Below are positions 50,899 through 62,481 of a stretch of DNA of 64,000 nucleotides, in pieces. The notes beneath the pieces were generated by a model. It worked only from the letters and a program-made list of their open reading frames with translations. It was not told the DNA's origin and did not search any database. Location: IMG/VR virus record IMGVR_UViG_3300009550_000009. The stretch is one strand, 5' to 3'. Source of the stretch: a virus. Numbering within the stretch: position 1 is the first letter of the stretch; every line of letters starts with the position of its first letter. The position numbers were made by a program, and so were the translations under genes.

Positions 50899-53800
50899 AT
50901 GGCTCAATCAACAAATCTAAATGTATCGCCATATTTTGACGATTTTAATGCAGATGACAACTATTATAAGGTTCTATTTAAACCGGGACTTCCAGTTCAG
51001 GCAAGAGAACTAACTGGTTTACAGTCAATATTGCAAGATCAAATATCAAAATTTGGTCAACATATATTTAAAGAAGGTGCTAAAGTAATTCCCGGAAATA
51101 CATCGTATTTTAAGGATTATTTTTGTGTTGAAATTAATAATGAATATCTAGGTGTTACTGTAGAGTCATATATTGATCAATTAATAGGAAGGAAAATAGT
51201 TGGTTTAACCACCGGTGTCACAGCAGTTATAGTTAAAATATTAAAATCAAGCGATTCGGAAAGAAATAATTTAACTCTTTATATAAAGTATCATTCATCA
51301 AACGTAGAAAATAATTCAGGTGGTTTATTTGATAATGGTGAATTACTAGCAGCAGATGTTGATATAATTTCAGGGCCTGAAAATAGCACATTTATACCTA
51401 GTGGTGAAGCATTTGCATCCACTGTTTCTACAGATTCAACATCAACTGGTGCAGCTTATTCTATATCTGAAGGTGTATATTTTGTTAGAGGAACATTTGT
51501 AAATGTAAATTCAGAAACAATTTTATTAAGTCAATACTCAAATACTCCAACAGGAAGAATTGGTTTAAGAGTATTAGAGGAAACTGTAAATTCAGATGAG
51601 GATTCATCACTAACTGATAATTCAAAGGGATTTAATAACTTTGCTGCACCCGGTGCAGATAGATTAAAAATAAGTTGCTCTCTTTTCTTTAAAGGAATTG
51701 ATGATTTAAATGATGATGATTTTGTAGAATTAGCATCAGTAAGAAACGGTGAATTAAGAACTAGACCAACAACCAGTCAATACAATATTCTTGGTGATGA
51801 ATTAGCAAGAAGAACATTTGCTGAGTCTGGTGACTATACAGTAAAACCATATTCAATATCTGTAAAAGAATCTTTAAATGATGATATTGGAAATAATGGT
51901 GTCTTCTTTGATGGTCAATCAACTGATGAGGGATCTATTGCATCAGAAGAAACTGGACTATATCAAGTGTCTGCTGGTAGAGCATTTGTAAAAGGTTATG
52001 AAATAGAAAATATAGCATCAACTTATCTTGATTTTGAAAAACCAAGAACAGAAAAAACACTTGCTAACCAGAGAGTAAATTATAATACTGGTTCAACTAT
52101 AAGATTAAACAATCAACAGGGTGCTCCAGAGGTTGGTATAGGTAACACTTTTGTTGTAAGTTTACGTGATAGTAGAGTAAATACATTAGCCACAGCAGAT
52201 TCATCTATTGAAGGAAATGAGATTGGTGTTGCAAGAGTGTATGATTTTGCACTAGAGTCTGGATCATATAATACATCAAATTCAAAAATTAACGAATATG
52301 ATATATCACTTTTTGATATTCAAACATTTACAACAGTAACTTTAAATCAAGCAATTAGTTTATCTACTCCTGCATTTATAGAAGGAAAATATAGTGGTGC
52401 AACAGGATTTTTAAGATCTTCAACATCAACTGATGCATTAACAATATATGACAAATCTGGTGAATTAGTTGTAAATGAACCACTAATTATAAATGGTATT
52501 GAGAATTCAAGAATTGCAGTTGCTTTAACATCATTTGGAATGTCAGATGTTAAATCATTATACGCTGGGCCAAAGTTAGGTAATGTTGGAGCAGGAAGAA
52601 GTTTTGTAGGAGATGTAATACAAAAAGATGAGTTTATTTTTGGCAATGCATTAATAAAAAGATCAGACCTTACTACTGGTTTAAGCACAATAACATCTTC
52701 AAATCCAGAGTTTCCGGGTAAACTGAAAAAAGGTAATTTATTGAAATTTGGACTAGGTAATAATGATCCAAATTTTGCAAAAGTAACTGTTGTTGGAACA
52801 AATGATATTACAGTATCTGGTGTTACTACTGTAACAGGTATTTGTGATGGTGGTTTGCCTGAAGGTTCAGATTCTCTTGATACCACACTTACAGATTTAA
52901 CTTTAATAACATCACCTTTTGCCAAATCAAGTGATGATAATTTATTTACAGAGATGCCTAAAAAGAACATCTCAAATGTTGATTTGACCAGAGCATCGTT
53001 AACCATAAGAAAAACTTTTAACGTAACAATTAACAAAACAACAGATTCACTTGCCACAGCAGTTGATGCAGATACAAATGAAACCTTTTTACCATTTGAT
53101 GAAGAGAGATATTGTTTAATAAGAAGAGTTGATGGAGTTACTGAAGTTCTAACATCTGATAAATTTACATTTACAAATGGTGGTGGAACTCTGCAGATAA
53201 ACAACATTGGATCTGATCTTTCAGCAAACCAATCTGCAACCTTAATCGCAACACTCGTTAAAACAAATCCCAAATCAAAAGTAAAAAGAAAAGAAAGAAT
53301 CAATACTTTAATAGTCGATAAATCTAGAGTTGCTGGTGCTGGTATAGGTGGCACTACTCTTAATGATGGTTTAACACATGGAAGTTTCCCATTTGGAACT
53401 CGTGTTCAAGATAAAAAAATATCATTAAACACACCTGATGTAATAGAGGTATTAGGAATATATGAATCAACAGATACATCTAATCCATCAAGTCCAAAAG
53501 TAATATTATCAGCGATTGATGGACAAACTGGTAGAACAGAAGATCTAATAGTTGGTGAAAAAATGAAAGGCACTCAATCAGGTGCTGTAGCGATATATGC
53601 TGAGAAATTATCTGACGCTCAAATTTCATTCGTTTACTTAAATGATAATAGATTCAAAACTGGCGAAACAATCAACTTCCAAGAGTCCAATGTAGGTGCG
53701 ATTGCAAACACAATTGATGAACCTAGTAAAAATATATCTGCTAACTTTAGTTTCAATACTGGGCAGAAGAATACAATTTATGACCATGGATTTATTAGCA

Positions 53801-56800
53801 GAAAAGAGGATGCTAACCAACCAAGTAAAAAAATAAAAATATATTTTGAAAATGCATATTTTGAAGCAGCAGATGAGGGAGATATAACTACTGCAAATTC
53901 TTATAATGGATTAGACTATGGTAAAGATGTTCAATCTTTCAACGGTGTTCGTAATACAGATTTAATTGATATTAGACCTAGAGTTTCAAATTACTCAGTT
54001 TCTGAGAGTAGTCGTTCTCCATTAGAATTTTTTGGAAGAACATTTAATACGTCAGGAAACTCTGCTGCTAATGTATTGGCATCAGATGAATCTATCTTAA
54101 CTGATTTTTCTTTCTATCTCGGTAGAATTGATAGAATATTTTTAACAAAATATGGTAAGTTAACTGTTCAAACTGGAACACCTGCTGAAAATCCAGATCA
54201 ACCTGTTCCATTAGATGATTCTCTTGAAATAGCATCGGTTACACTACCACCATATCTTTATGATGTATCTCAAGCATCTCTATCTTTCTTAAAGCATAAG
54301 AGATATAGAATGCAAGATATTAGAAAACTTGAGACAAGGATAAGAAACTTAGAATACTATACTTCATTATCATTATTAGAAACAGCAACTTCTAATCTAT
54401 TTGTTTCTGATGCAGATGGTTTAAATAAATTTAAATCAGGATTTTTTGTAGATAATTTTACAACTTTCTTAACTCAAGAAAGTAATATAAAAATAAAAAA
54501 TAGTATTGATACTTACAATAAAGAAGCAAGACCATCTCATTATACTAACTCAATTGATTTAGTGGTTGGCCCAGTAGAAGGTGAAAATACAGTATCAAAT
54601 GGTGCAGACCCAGAAGGAACAAATATTAAATTAACAGGAACTGCATTAACTCTTGATTACTCTGAAGTTGAATTTATCAATCAACCATTTGGAACAAGAA
54701 CTGAAAGTGTTACTCCATTTTTACTTAATTTTTGGAAGGGTGCGATAGATCTTACTCCAGCATCTGATACTTGGGTTGACACAGTAAGACTTGAAGCAAA
54801 AGTCATAGAGGTTGAAGGAAACTTTGCTAAGACAATAAAAGAGGCAGAGAGAACTCAGGGTCTCGATCCTCAAACAGGATTGACTGAGATGATATGGCAA
54901 GGTTGGCAAACTGTTTGGACAGGAACTGAAAGAAATATAAGAACAAATACCCGAACAGAAGAAGTAGACAGAAATGTTGATGTGAATTCTCAACGTAGAA
55001 TTGAAACCTCTACTCTTAATACAATTCAAGATACCTTTACTGATAATTTCAGAGTTGGAACATCTACAAGACAAGGTTCACGAGAGTTAATTACTGAAAC
55101 ATATGATCAAGAATCTCTTGGTGATAGAACAATCAGTAAGGAAGTTATACCTATAATGAGATCAAGAAATATCGCATTTGAGGGTAAAGGATTTAAACCA
55201 CAAACAAGAGTTTACGGATTCTTTGATGGAGTCAATGTGACTAAACATTGTGTTCCAAAACTTCTTGAAATAAACATGAAGTCTGGTGTATTCCAAGTAG
55301 GTGAAACAGTAACAGGAACTGTAACTGATGGTGGAATTAATTCAGCTAGAATAACATTTAGAGTTGCAGTATCGAACCATAAAGAAGGCCCTTATAATTC
55401 TCCAACAAGAGTATATGCAACAAGTCCATATACATCTACCACTGGAGCAACACAGTTAGAGACATACTCAGGTGCTGCTGGTTCAGTTCAATTATCAGGA
55501 TCTGGAAGTGTAGCGATTATTCCATCTACTTATTCCTCAACATCAACAATATTAAATATTGATATAATTTCCCTTTCAGAGCAAGCACAAGGTGCTTATT
55601 TTGGACAAGTTACCACTGACATGGTATTGAAGGGTAATACTTCAGGAGCTGAAGCGGTTATTACTGATGTAAGATTAATCTCTGATTTCTCTGCTTCCGT
55701 CTTTGGTAGTTTCTTTATACCAGATCCAAATATACCAGTAAATAGTAGATTTGAAACAGGAAAGAGGGAATTTAGATTAACTGATAGTCAGACAAATGAC
55801 ATTGATTCTTCAACAACAGTTGGTAGTGATGTATTTGAAGCGACAGGAACTCTTGAAACTGTTCAGGAAAATATCCTTTCTGTTAGAAATGCAAAACGTG
55901 AAACACTTACTTCCACTCAGGATAGACCAGCAAGACAATTTATTGGAACTGATGTCAACACTGAAATTATTGGAACTCAACCATTAAGAAGAGTAGAAGA
56001 ATTTGATCAAGACGATCCATTAGCACAATCATTCTTTGTAAGTGAAAATAGTGGTGTTTATATTACAAGTTGTGAGGTTTACTTCTCGGCAGTTGATGAT
56101 AATAACGTTCCTGTTCAATTAGATATAAGAACTTTAAAATTAGGAGTTCCATCTCAAGAAGTTCTTCCATATTCACAAATATTACTTGATCCAGATCAAA
56201 TTACAACATCATCAAACGGATCAGTTGCAACTAAATTTACATTTAAATCACCAGTTTATTTGTCACCTGCAACTGAATATGCAATTTGCATGTTATCTGC
56301 ATCAGCTAAATACAGAGTTTTCATATCAAGGATTGGTGAAAATGATTTAATTACAGATGAATTTGTATCAAATCAACCTACATTAGGATCATTATTCAAA
56401 TCTCAAAATGCATCAACATGGGAACCAAGTCAATGGGAAGATTTAAAGTTTAAATTAAATAGAGCACAATTTGTTACATCAGGATCTGCTGAAATTTATA
56501 GTCCAATACTTGGTGAAGGTAATGCTCAAATTCCTAAATTATTACCAGATTCTCTTAGATTGAACTCTAAGAAAATAAGAGTTGGTATATCATCAGCTTT
56601 TGCTGCTGGTATACATCCTACATTAGGAAATACAATTTACCAAACTGTGTCTAATGCAACTGGTGATTTTGTAGGAAGTGCTGGTATTGCAACAGGTGAT
56701 TTAGGAGTAATAAGAGCAGGATTGGGATACACTCCAGCTTCTGGAAATCGTGGTCTAATAGGTATCGCTTTAACCACTATCACAGGTAGTGGTAGAAACG

Positions 56801-58491
56801 CAACTGCAAATGTTCACTTTGATGGCGGAGTTGCTGTTGCAGCGACGATTTCAAATGGTGGAATTGGATATCAAGTTGGTGATATTGTAGGTATCTCAAC
56901 CAATCTTGGTATTAATGCAAGATTATCAGTGGCATCTATCGGAAATACAAGTGAACTTATACTTGAGAATATTCAAGGTGAATTTGCAACTGGAGCTGGA
57001 TCAACATTAATGTATGGAAATACACTTGGTAATGCAGGATTTGGTAGTGCAATCACAGGTAATGGTGGAGAGATTGGTGCATTTATTCCTGCGGGAACAA
57101 TATCAACTATAACTGATGGTTTACACATTATAGTTAATCACAAAAACCATGGAATGTATCACGAACAGAATAGAGTGATTATATCTGGAGTTGAAAGTGA
57201 TATATTACCATCTAAATTATCTGTTGATTACGCAATAGATTCTACAGATGATATAACTGTTGACAGTTCAACTGTGTATGGTAATTTTGAAAATGTTGGT
57301 GTTGCATCTACTAATCCCGGATATGTTAAGATTGGAAATGAAATTATTAGATATGAAGGTGTATCTGGTAATACATTAACTGGTATTACAAGGCAACAAG
57401 ATTCAACTCTTGCTGCAAATTACACATCAGGATTATTAGTTGAAAAATATGAATTGAATGGCGTATCTTTACGTAGAATAAATCAAACTCATAATCTAGC
57501 AGATGTCACTGATTCAAATCCAATAACATTTGACTCGTATAAAATTAAATTGGATATGGGTTCAAATGGAATTGGTAGAACAAGCGTTACAACTTCAGAT
57601 TTCCCACCAAGATTATTCTTAAGTGGAACAAAATCATCCGGTGGTTCAAATATACGTGCAACACAAAACATGCCATTTGAAGTCATCACACCTATGGTTC
57701 AGAATGTTACTGTTCCCGGAACTTCTCTCAGTGCTAACTTGAGAACTGTAAGTGGAACAAGTGTGAATACAGGGTCTGGTCAAGGATCAGATACACCATT
57801 TATTGTTCAACCAACAGAAAGTATCGCTTTAAATCAAATCAATTATTTGAATTCACCTAGAATAATTGCATCAAGAGTAAATGAAATTAACAATGCAACC
57901 ATAACAGTATTACCGGGAGATCGGTCATTAAATATGACACTTGATCTATCAACCACTGATAGTCGTATATCTCCTTTTGTAGATACTGAAAGAATGAATA
58001 CAATTCTTACATCAAATAGAGTTGATAAATTAATTACTAACTTTACTGAAGATAGTCGAGTCGATACTCTTACTGAAGATCCATCATCATTCTTGTATAT
58101 TTCAAAAGAAAATACATTAGAAACATCTGCTACATCAATCAAGATTATACTTGATGCACATATTAATGAATATAATGATATAAGAGCGTTCTTCTCAATT
58201 AGCGAGAATCAGGGGTCAGAACCGATATTCATACCGTTCCCCGGTTTTGATAATTTAAATGAAAGAGGACAGGTGGTTGCACTTGATAAGAGTGATGGAA
58301 GACCAGATTCAAAAGTATCATTATCAGATGCTAGTGGATTTGCATCTGAAGAATTACAATATAAAGAGTATACATTCAGTATTACAGATCTACCCTCATT
58401 TAAATCATTTAGAATAAAATTATTAGGATCATCAACCAATCAAGCTTATGTTCCTAGATTCAGAAGTTTGAAGGTGATCGCTTTAGCATAA
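50899..58491 (+). CDS. large virion structural protein, VrlC-like
   Basis: NLNVSPYFDDF, VLFKPG.PVQARELT, APGADRLKI, RYRMQDI..LE.RI..LEYYTSLSLLE, DPLAQSF. Confidence 0.8.
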   Translation: MAQSTNLNVSPYFDDFNADDNYYKVLFKPGLPVQARELTGLQSILQDQISKFGQHIFKEGAKVIPGNTSYFKDYFCVEINNEYLGVTVESYIDQLIGRKIVGLTTGVTAVIVKILKSSDSERNNLTLYIKYHSSNVENNSGGLFDNGELLAADVDIISGPENSTFIPSGEAFASTVSTDSTSTGAAYSISEGVYFVRGTFVNVNSETILLSQYSNTPTGRIGLRVLEETVNSDEDSSLTDNSKGFNNFAAPGADRLKISCSLFFKGIDDLNDDDFVELASVRNGELRTRPTTSQYNILGDELARRTFAESGDYTVKPYSISVKESLNDDIGNNGVFFDGQSTDEGSIASEETGLYQVSAGRAFVKGYEIENIASTYLDFEKPRTEKTLANQRVNYNTGSTIRLNNQQGAPEVGIGNTFVVSLRDSRVNTLATADSSIEGNEIGVARVYDFALESGSYNTSNSKINEYDISLFDIQTFTTVTLNQAISLSTPAFIEGKYSGATGFLRSSTSTDALTIYDKSGELVVNEPLIINGIENSRIAVALTSFGMSDVKSLYAGPKLGNVGAGRSFVGDVIQKDEFIFGNALIKRSDLTTGLSTITSSNPEFPGKLKKGNLLKFGLGNNDPNFAKVTVVGTNDITVSGVTTVTGICDGGLPEGSDSLDTTLTDLTLITSPFAKSSDDNLFTEMPKKNISNVDLTRASLTIRKTFNVTINKTTDSLATAVDADTNETFLPFDEERYCLIRRVDGVTEVLTSDKFTFTNGGGTLQINNIGSDLSANQSATLIATLVKTNPKSKVKRKERINTLIVDKSRVAGAGIGGTTLNDGLTHGSFPFGTRVQDKKISLNTPDVIEVLGIYESTDTSNPSSPKVILSAIDGQTGRTEDLIVGEKMKGTQSGAVAIYAEKLSDAQISFVYLNDNRFKTGETINFQESNVGAIANTIDEPSKNISANFSFNTGQKNTIYDHGFISRKEDANQPSKKIKIYFENAYFEAADEGDITTANSYNGLDYGKDVQSFNGVRNTDLIDIRPRVSNYSVSESSRSPLEFFGRTFNTSGNSAANVLASDESILTDFSFYLGRIDRIFLTKYGKLTVQTGTPAENPDQPVPLDDSLEIASVTLPPYLYDVSQASLSFLKHKRYRMQDIRKLETRIRNLEYYTSLSLLETATSNLFVSDADGLNKFKSGFFVDNFTTFLTQESNIKIKNSIDTYNKEARPSHYTNSIDLVVGPVEGENTVSNGADPEGTNIKLTGTALTLDYSEVEFINQPFGTRTESVTPFLLNFWKGAIDLTPASDTWVDTVRLEAKVIEVEGNFAKTIKEAERTQGLDPQTGLTEMIWQGWQTVWTGTERNIRTNTRTEEVDRNVDVNSQRRIETSTLNTIQDTFTDNFRVGTSTRQGSRELITETYDQESLGDRTISKEVIPIMRSRNIAFEGKGFKPQTRVYGFFDGVNVTKHCVPKLLEINMKSGVFQVGETVTGTVTDGGINSARITFRVAVSNHKEGPYNSPTRVYATSPYTSTTGATQLETYSGAAGSVQLSGSGSVAIIPSTYSSTSTILNIDIISLSEQAQGAYFGQVTTDMVLKGNTSGAEAVITDVRLISDFSASVFGSFFIPDPNIPVNSRFETGKREFRLTDSQTNDIDSSTTVGSDVFEATGTLETVQENILSVRNAKRETLTSTQDRPARQFIGTDVNTEIIGTQPLRRVEEFDQDDPLAQSFFVSENSGVYITSCEVYFSAVDDNNVPVQLDIRTLKLGVPSQEVLPYSQILLDPDQITTSSNGSVATKFTFKSPVYLSPATEYAICMLSASAKYRVFISRIGENDLITDEFVSNQPTLGSLFKSQNASTWEPSQWEDLKFKLNRAQFVTSGSAEIYSPILGEGNAQIPKLLPDSLRLNSKKIRVGISSAFAAGIHPTLGNTIYQTVSNATGDFVGSAGIATGDLGVIRAGLGYTPASGNRGLIGIALTTITGSGRNATANVHFDGGVAVAATISNGGIGYQVGDIVGISTNLGINARLSVASIGNTSELILENIQGEFATGAGSTLMYGNTLGNAGFGSAITGNGGEIGAFIPAGTISTITDGLHIIVNHKNHGMYHEQNRVIISGVESDILPSKLSVDYAIDSTDDITVDSSTVYGNFENVGVASTNPGYVKIGNEIIRYEGVSGNTLTGITRQQDSTLAANYTSGLLVEKYELNGVSLRRINQTHNLADVTDSNPITFDSYKIKLDMGSNGIGRTSVTTSDFPPRLFLSGTKSSGGSNIRATQNMPFEVITPMVQNVTVPGTSLSANLRTVSGTSVNTGSGQGSDTPFIVQPTESIALNQINYLNSPRIIASRVNEINNATITVLPGDRSLNMTLDLSTTDSRISPFVDTERMNTILTSNRVDKLITNFTEDSRVDTLTEDPSSFLYISKENTLETSATSIKIILDAHINEYNDIRAFFSISENQGSEPIFIPFPGFDNLNERGQVVALDKSDGRPDSKVSLSDASGFASEELQYKEYTFSITDLPSFKSFRIKLLGSSTNQAYVPRFRSLKVIALA

Positions 58492-58715
58492 TGAGTTTTA
58501 TTAAAGTAAAAGATAATGAGCATTTAGTTAGAGATACTAATTCAAATTGCATCATTAATACAAACAAGTCTGAGTATGAGGAGTATCTATCTCGTCGTAA
58601 ACTCAAACAGTCTGAAAAAAATAAAATTGAAAATCTTGAAAAAGATGTATCTACTTTAAAAAATGATATTGGTGAAATAAAAGATCTCTTAAGGAGTTTA
58701 GTAAATGGCAACTAA
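58491..58715 (+). CDS. small coiled-coil protein
   Basis: TAATG coupling; C-terminal heptads. Confidence 0.8.
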   Translation: MSFIKVKDNEHLVRDTNSNCIINTNKSEYEEYLSRRKLKQSEKNKIENLEKDVSTLKNDIGEIKDLLRSLVNGN

Positions 58716-59130
58716 AAAGATAACATTTGATCCAGAGGCAGGAGTTGCATATCCATGCGATTTGATATTAAATGTTGGTGCAGATTTTAGTGCATCATTT
58801 CAAGTTGTTGATACTTCAAACACTGGTTTTAATTTTTCCACCACCAATTCAGTTGGTCTTGGGACAACGACTGGATGGACAGGATCATCTCAAATGACAA
58901 AGAGTGTTGCAGTTGGATCAACTGCTTTTCCTGATGCGACATTTAGTGTTGGAATTGATACTACTGCATCAGTTGGTTATGGATTTACAATATCATTAGG
59001 TTCAACTGCGACGAGAAGTATAAAGGCTGGAAGATATGTATATGATGTTTTAGTCGGTTCAGGATCGACTGTGTATAGAATTGTAGACGGTAACATCATC
59101 GTAAGAGGTGGTGTATCTTCCGCACCATAA
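58705..59130 (+). CDS. putative virion structural protein
   Basis: GRYVYDVLV...RIVDG; located in the structural operon. Confidence 0.7.
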   Translation: MATKKITFDPEAGVAYPCDLILNVGADFSASFQVVDTSNTGFNFSTTNSVGLGTTTGWTGSSQMTKSVAVGSTAFPDATFSVGIDTTASVGYGFTISLGSTATRSIKAGRYVYDVLVGSGSTVYRIVDGNIIVRGGVSSAP

Positions 59131-59152
59131 ATATTGATAGAGGTATTGTGTA

Positions 59153-60001
59153 ATGGCTCAACCAACGAGTAGATCAACATTAATCGATTATTGCAAAAGG
59201 CAACTGGGTGCCCCAGTGCTTGAAATTAATGTTGCGGACGAACAAGTTGAAGACTTGTTAGATGATGCTCTTCAATTTTATCAGGAGAGACATTATGATG
59301 GTGTCATACAGACATACTTAAAGTATCAAATAAGACAAGTAGATGTAGATAGAGCAAGAGGTAGAAATGGAAATGACCCAGTAGGAATAGTTACAACATC
59401 AACGTCTACATCGATTGTTGGTGTAACAACTACTTTTACCTTTGAAGAGGATAGTAATTATCTTGAGATGCCATCTTCAGTTATTGGAGTAAATAAACTT
59501 TTTCACTTTGATGGATCTAACACAGTTACCAATAATATGTTCAGTGTTAAGTATCAATTGTTTTTAAATGATGTTGCATTTAATTTAGGATATGCTGGCA
59601 TATTGAACTATGCAATGACAAAAAGGTATCTTGAAGATATTAATTTTGCCCTTACAACAGAAAAACAAATAAGGTTTAATCAAAGACAAGATCGTTTATA
59701 TATGGATATAGATTTTGCAAGTGTTGATGTTGGTGATTTTATTATCATTGATTGTTTTAGAATAATTGATCCGGATGATTTTACTGGTGTTTACAATGAT
59801 TACTTTTTAAAAAGATATTTGACAGCGTTAATGAAAAGGCAGTGGGGTCAAAACCTTATTAAGTTTCAAGGTGTTAAATTACCCGGTGGTATAGAATTGA
59901 ATGGAAGACAAATATATGATGATGGTCAAAGAGAACTTGATGTCATAAGAGAGCAAATGTCAAATACTTACGAACTTCCTCCATTAGATTTTATAGGTTA
60001 A
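59153..60001 (+). CDS. gp13: neck protein gp13
   Basis: RQLGAPVLEINV, KRQWGQNLIKF.GV.LPGG; ATAAATA at 59127. Confidence 0.92.
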   Translation: MAQPTSRSTLIDYCKRQLGAPVLEINVADEQVEDLLDDALQFYQERHYDGVIQTYLKYQIRQVDVDRARGRNGNDPVGIVTTSTSTSIVGVTTTFTFEEDSNYLEMPSSVIGVNKLFHFDGSNTVTNNMFSVKYQLFLNDVAFNLGYAGILNYAMTKRYLEDINFALTTEKQIRFNQRQDRLYMDIDFASVDVGDFIIIDCFRIIDPDDFTGVYNDYFLKRYLTALMKRQWGQNLIKFQGVKLPGGIELNGRQIYDDGQRELDVIREQMSNTYELPPLDFIG

Positions 60002-60005
60002 TGAT

Positions 60006-61433
60006 ATGGTGCTCAATCCGTTTTTTCAACAAGGATCTAAAGGCGAACAAAATTTAGTTCAATCATTAATTAATGAGCAACTACAAATGTATGGAGTGAA
60101 TGTTCACTACATGCCACGAAAGTATGCGAAAACAAATACAATCATTAAAGAAGTAATAGAATCAAAGTTTGATGATGCGTATCCTATTGAGGCTTACGTT
60201 GAGTCTTTTGACGGTTATGGTGACAATCCCACCTTGCTTTCTAAATTTGGAATACAGCAAACTAATGAATTAACATTAACTATTTCAAGAGAGAGATTTG
60301 AAACGTATATATCCCCTTTAATAAAAAATGAAGAAAATATCAAACTATCAACAAGACCAAAAGAGGGTGATTTAATTTATTTTCCTCTAGGTGATCGATT
60401 ATTTGAGATTAAATATGTAGAACATGAGCAACCTTTTTATCAATTACGTGATACTTATGTTTATACTCTTCGTTGCGAACTCTTCCGTTATGAGGATGAA
60501 GTCATCGATACTGGAGTTGGTGAGATAGATGATACACTTGCTGCAACAGAGGGTGTTGATGGTGAAGATTTTATCATAGGTGGAACACAAGTTTTAACAT
60601 TAGTCGGAACAGCATCAAGTGCATCTGCGGTAACTACTGTAGTGAACGGTGGTATTCAATTTATTGATATAACAAATCGTGGTAGAAATTATTTGTTTGC
60701 ACCTAGAGTTGCTATTTCTTCAGCACCTACTGGTGGTGTGACAGGTATTGCGACTGCTAATTTAAGAAGTGGTATCGTTGTTTGCACGGGTGCAGCAGAG
60801 GCATCAAATTTAAAAGCATCAGTCGTTCAAACAATAAATCTAGTAAATCCCGGATCAGGATATACAACTGGGCCTGATATACAAATATTTGGTGGTGATG
60901 GTGTAGGTGCTGCTGCAACTGCTGGAATGGCAAATGGAACTATTGGTATTGTAACTATAACAGGTGGTGGTTCCGGATATACAACAACACCAACAATTAC
61001 TTTCACAGGACTATCAACAGTATCTGCTGCTGCAACTGCGATCGTATCAACTGCAGGAACCATAAGTGCAATTCATATAACAAATGCTGGTGCTGGATAC
61101 TCAACACCTCCAACAATTGCAATTGATCCTCCTGCTGCAAATGATGCATCTGGTAATTTCCAGTTTAATGAGATAATCACAGGTGGAACAAGTGGAGCAA
61201 CCGCAAGAGTAAGAAAATGGAATTCTGTGACAAGTGAATTAGATATATCAAATGTAGAAGGGACGTTCCAAAGAAAAGAAACAGTCACTGGTGGAACTTC
61301 AGGTGCAGTTCATACAATTCGACTTATAGATCTTACAAACTTTGATGATGGGTTTGGTGATAATGATGACTTTGAAACTGAAGCAGATGCGATTATCGAC
61401 TTCTCTGAGGGCAATCCTTTTGGGCAACCATAA
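60006..61433 (+). CDS. gp14: neck protein gp14 with Gly/Thr-rich insertion
   Basis: EQ.LVQ.LINEQL.MYG, LLSKFG, PKEGDLIYFP, DFSEGNPFG. Confidence 0.9.
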   Translation: MVLNPFFQQGSKGEQNLVQSLINEQLQMYGVNVHYMPRKYAKTNTIIKEVIESKFDDAYPIEAYVESFDGYGDNPTLLSKFGIQQTNELTLTISRERFETYISPLIKNEENIKLSTRPKEGDLIYFPLGDRLFEIKYVEHEQPFYQLRDTYVYTLRCELFRYEDEVIDTGVGEIDDTLAATEGVDGEDFIIGGTQVLTLVGTASSASAVTTVVNGGIQFIDITNRGRNYLFAPRVAISSAPTGGVTGIATANLRSGIVVCTGAAEASNLKASVVQTINLVNPGSGYTTGPDIQIFGGDGVGAAATAGMANGTIGIVTITGGGSGYTTTPTITFTGLSTVSAAATAIVSTAGTISAIHITNAGAGYSTPPTIAIDPPAANDASGNFQFNEIITGGTSGATARVRKWNSVTSELDISNVEGTFQRKETVTGGTSGAVHTIRLIDLTNFDDGFGDNDDFETEADAIIDFSEGNPFGQP

Positions 61434-61455
61434 ATAATATCGTATAGGTGCAAAA

Positions 61456-62481
61456 ATGTTTGAGTATTTTTACAACGAAATATTAAGAAAAACAATTATT
61501 TCATTTGGAACGTTGTTTAATGATCTCTCCATTAAACATACAGATTCTGATGGAAATAAATCAGTAACAAAAGTTCCATTGGCATACGGGCCAATTCAAA
61601 AATTTCTAGCGAGATTGGAACAAGCACCAGATTTAAATAAGTCAACAGCAATGACATTACCAAGAATGTCATTTGAATTTAATGGACTTACTTATGATTC
61701 AAGTAGAAAAGTTACAACAACACAACAACTTACTGTTAAAGATCCAAATACTGATACAGTAACTAAAAAAGTTTTCATGCCTGTCCCCTACAATATGGCA
61801 TTTGAACTTAACGTAATGACAAAACTAAATGATGATGCACTTCAGATTGTTGAGCAAATACTTCCATTCTTTCAACCATCATATAACGTTACAGTCAATC
61901 TTCTTTCTGAAATAAATGAAAAAAGAGATATACCTGTTGTTTTAGAGAGTGTTACATTTCAAGATGAATATGAAGGAGATTATACTTCAAGAAGAGTTTT
62001 ATATTACACACTAAGATTCACAGCAAAAACTTACTTGTTTGGCCCTGTTACAACAGCGACTGCAGATATCATTAAATCTACATCCATCCGTTATCTTGCT
62101 GGTGGAGCACGAAGTCTTGAGAGAGATATTACTTACTCAGTTACACCGAGAGCAATTAAAGATTATACTGGCGATGTAATAACAAATCTTGCAGAAGATA
62201 TAGACGGAGTTCAAACAACATTTAAGGTTGATAATACCACCAATCTAAAGACAGACTTTTATGTTGTTATAGATAATGAAGAGATGTTTGTAAAATCTAT
62301 CTCCACCTCATCAAGCAAAATCACTGTTAGAAGAGGTCAAGATAAAACTTTACCCACATCACATGTTAGAGGTAGTGACATTTTAGGCATTGATTATACT
62401 CAAAATGCAGAAGGTGTTGGTGTCGATAGCGCAATTATCCCGATGGGAGATGACTTTGGATTTACTGGAATCAGCACATGA
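61456..62481 (+). CDS. gp15: tail sheath stabiliser/terminator gp15
   Basis: FGTLFN, VPLAYGP..KFLARL, LPRMSFE, QIVEQILPFFQP. Confidence 0.92.
   Translation: MFEYFYNEILRKTIISFGTLFNDLSIKHTDSDGNKSVTKVPLAYGPIQKFLARLEQAPDLNKSTAMTLPRMSFEFNGLTYDSSRKVTTTQQLTVKDPNTDTVTKKVFMPVPYNMAFELNVMTKLNDDALQIVEQILPFFQPSYNVTVNLLSEINEKRDIPVVLESVTFQDEYEGDYTSRRVLYYTLRFTAKTYLFGPVTTATADIIKSTSIRYLAGGARSLERDITYSVTPRAIKDYTGDVITNLAEDIDGVQTTFKVDNTTNLKTDFYVVIDNEEMFVKSISTSSSKITVRRGQDKTLPTSHVRGSDILGIDYTQNAEGVGVDSAIIPMGDDFGFTGIST

Noticed and set aside
52347-53354. 335-aa minus-strand ORF and the other short minus-strand or nested ORFs in the track
   Set aside because: Antisense shadows of + strand genes with biased codons; no RBS, promoter or recognisable motifs
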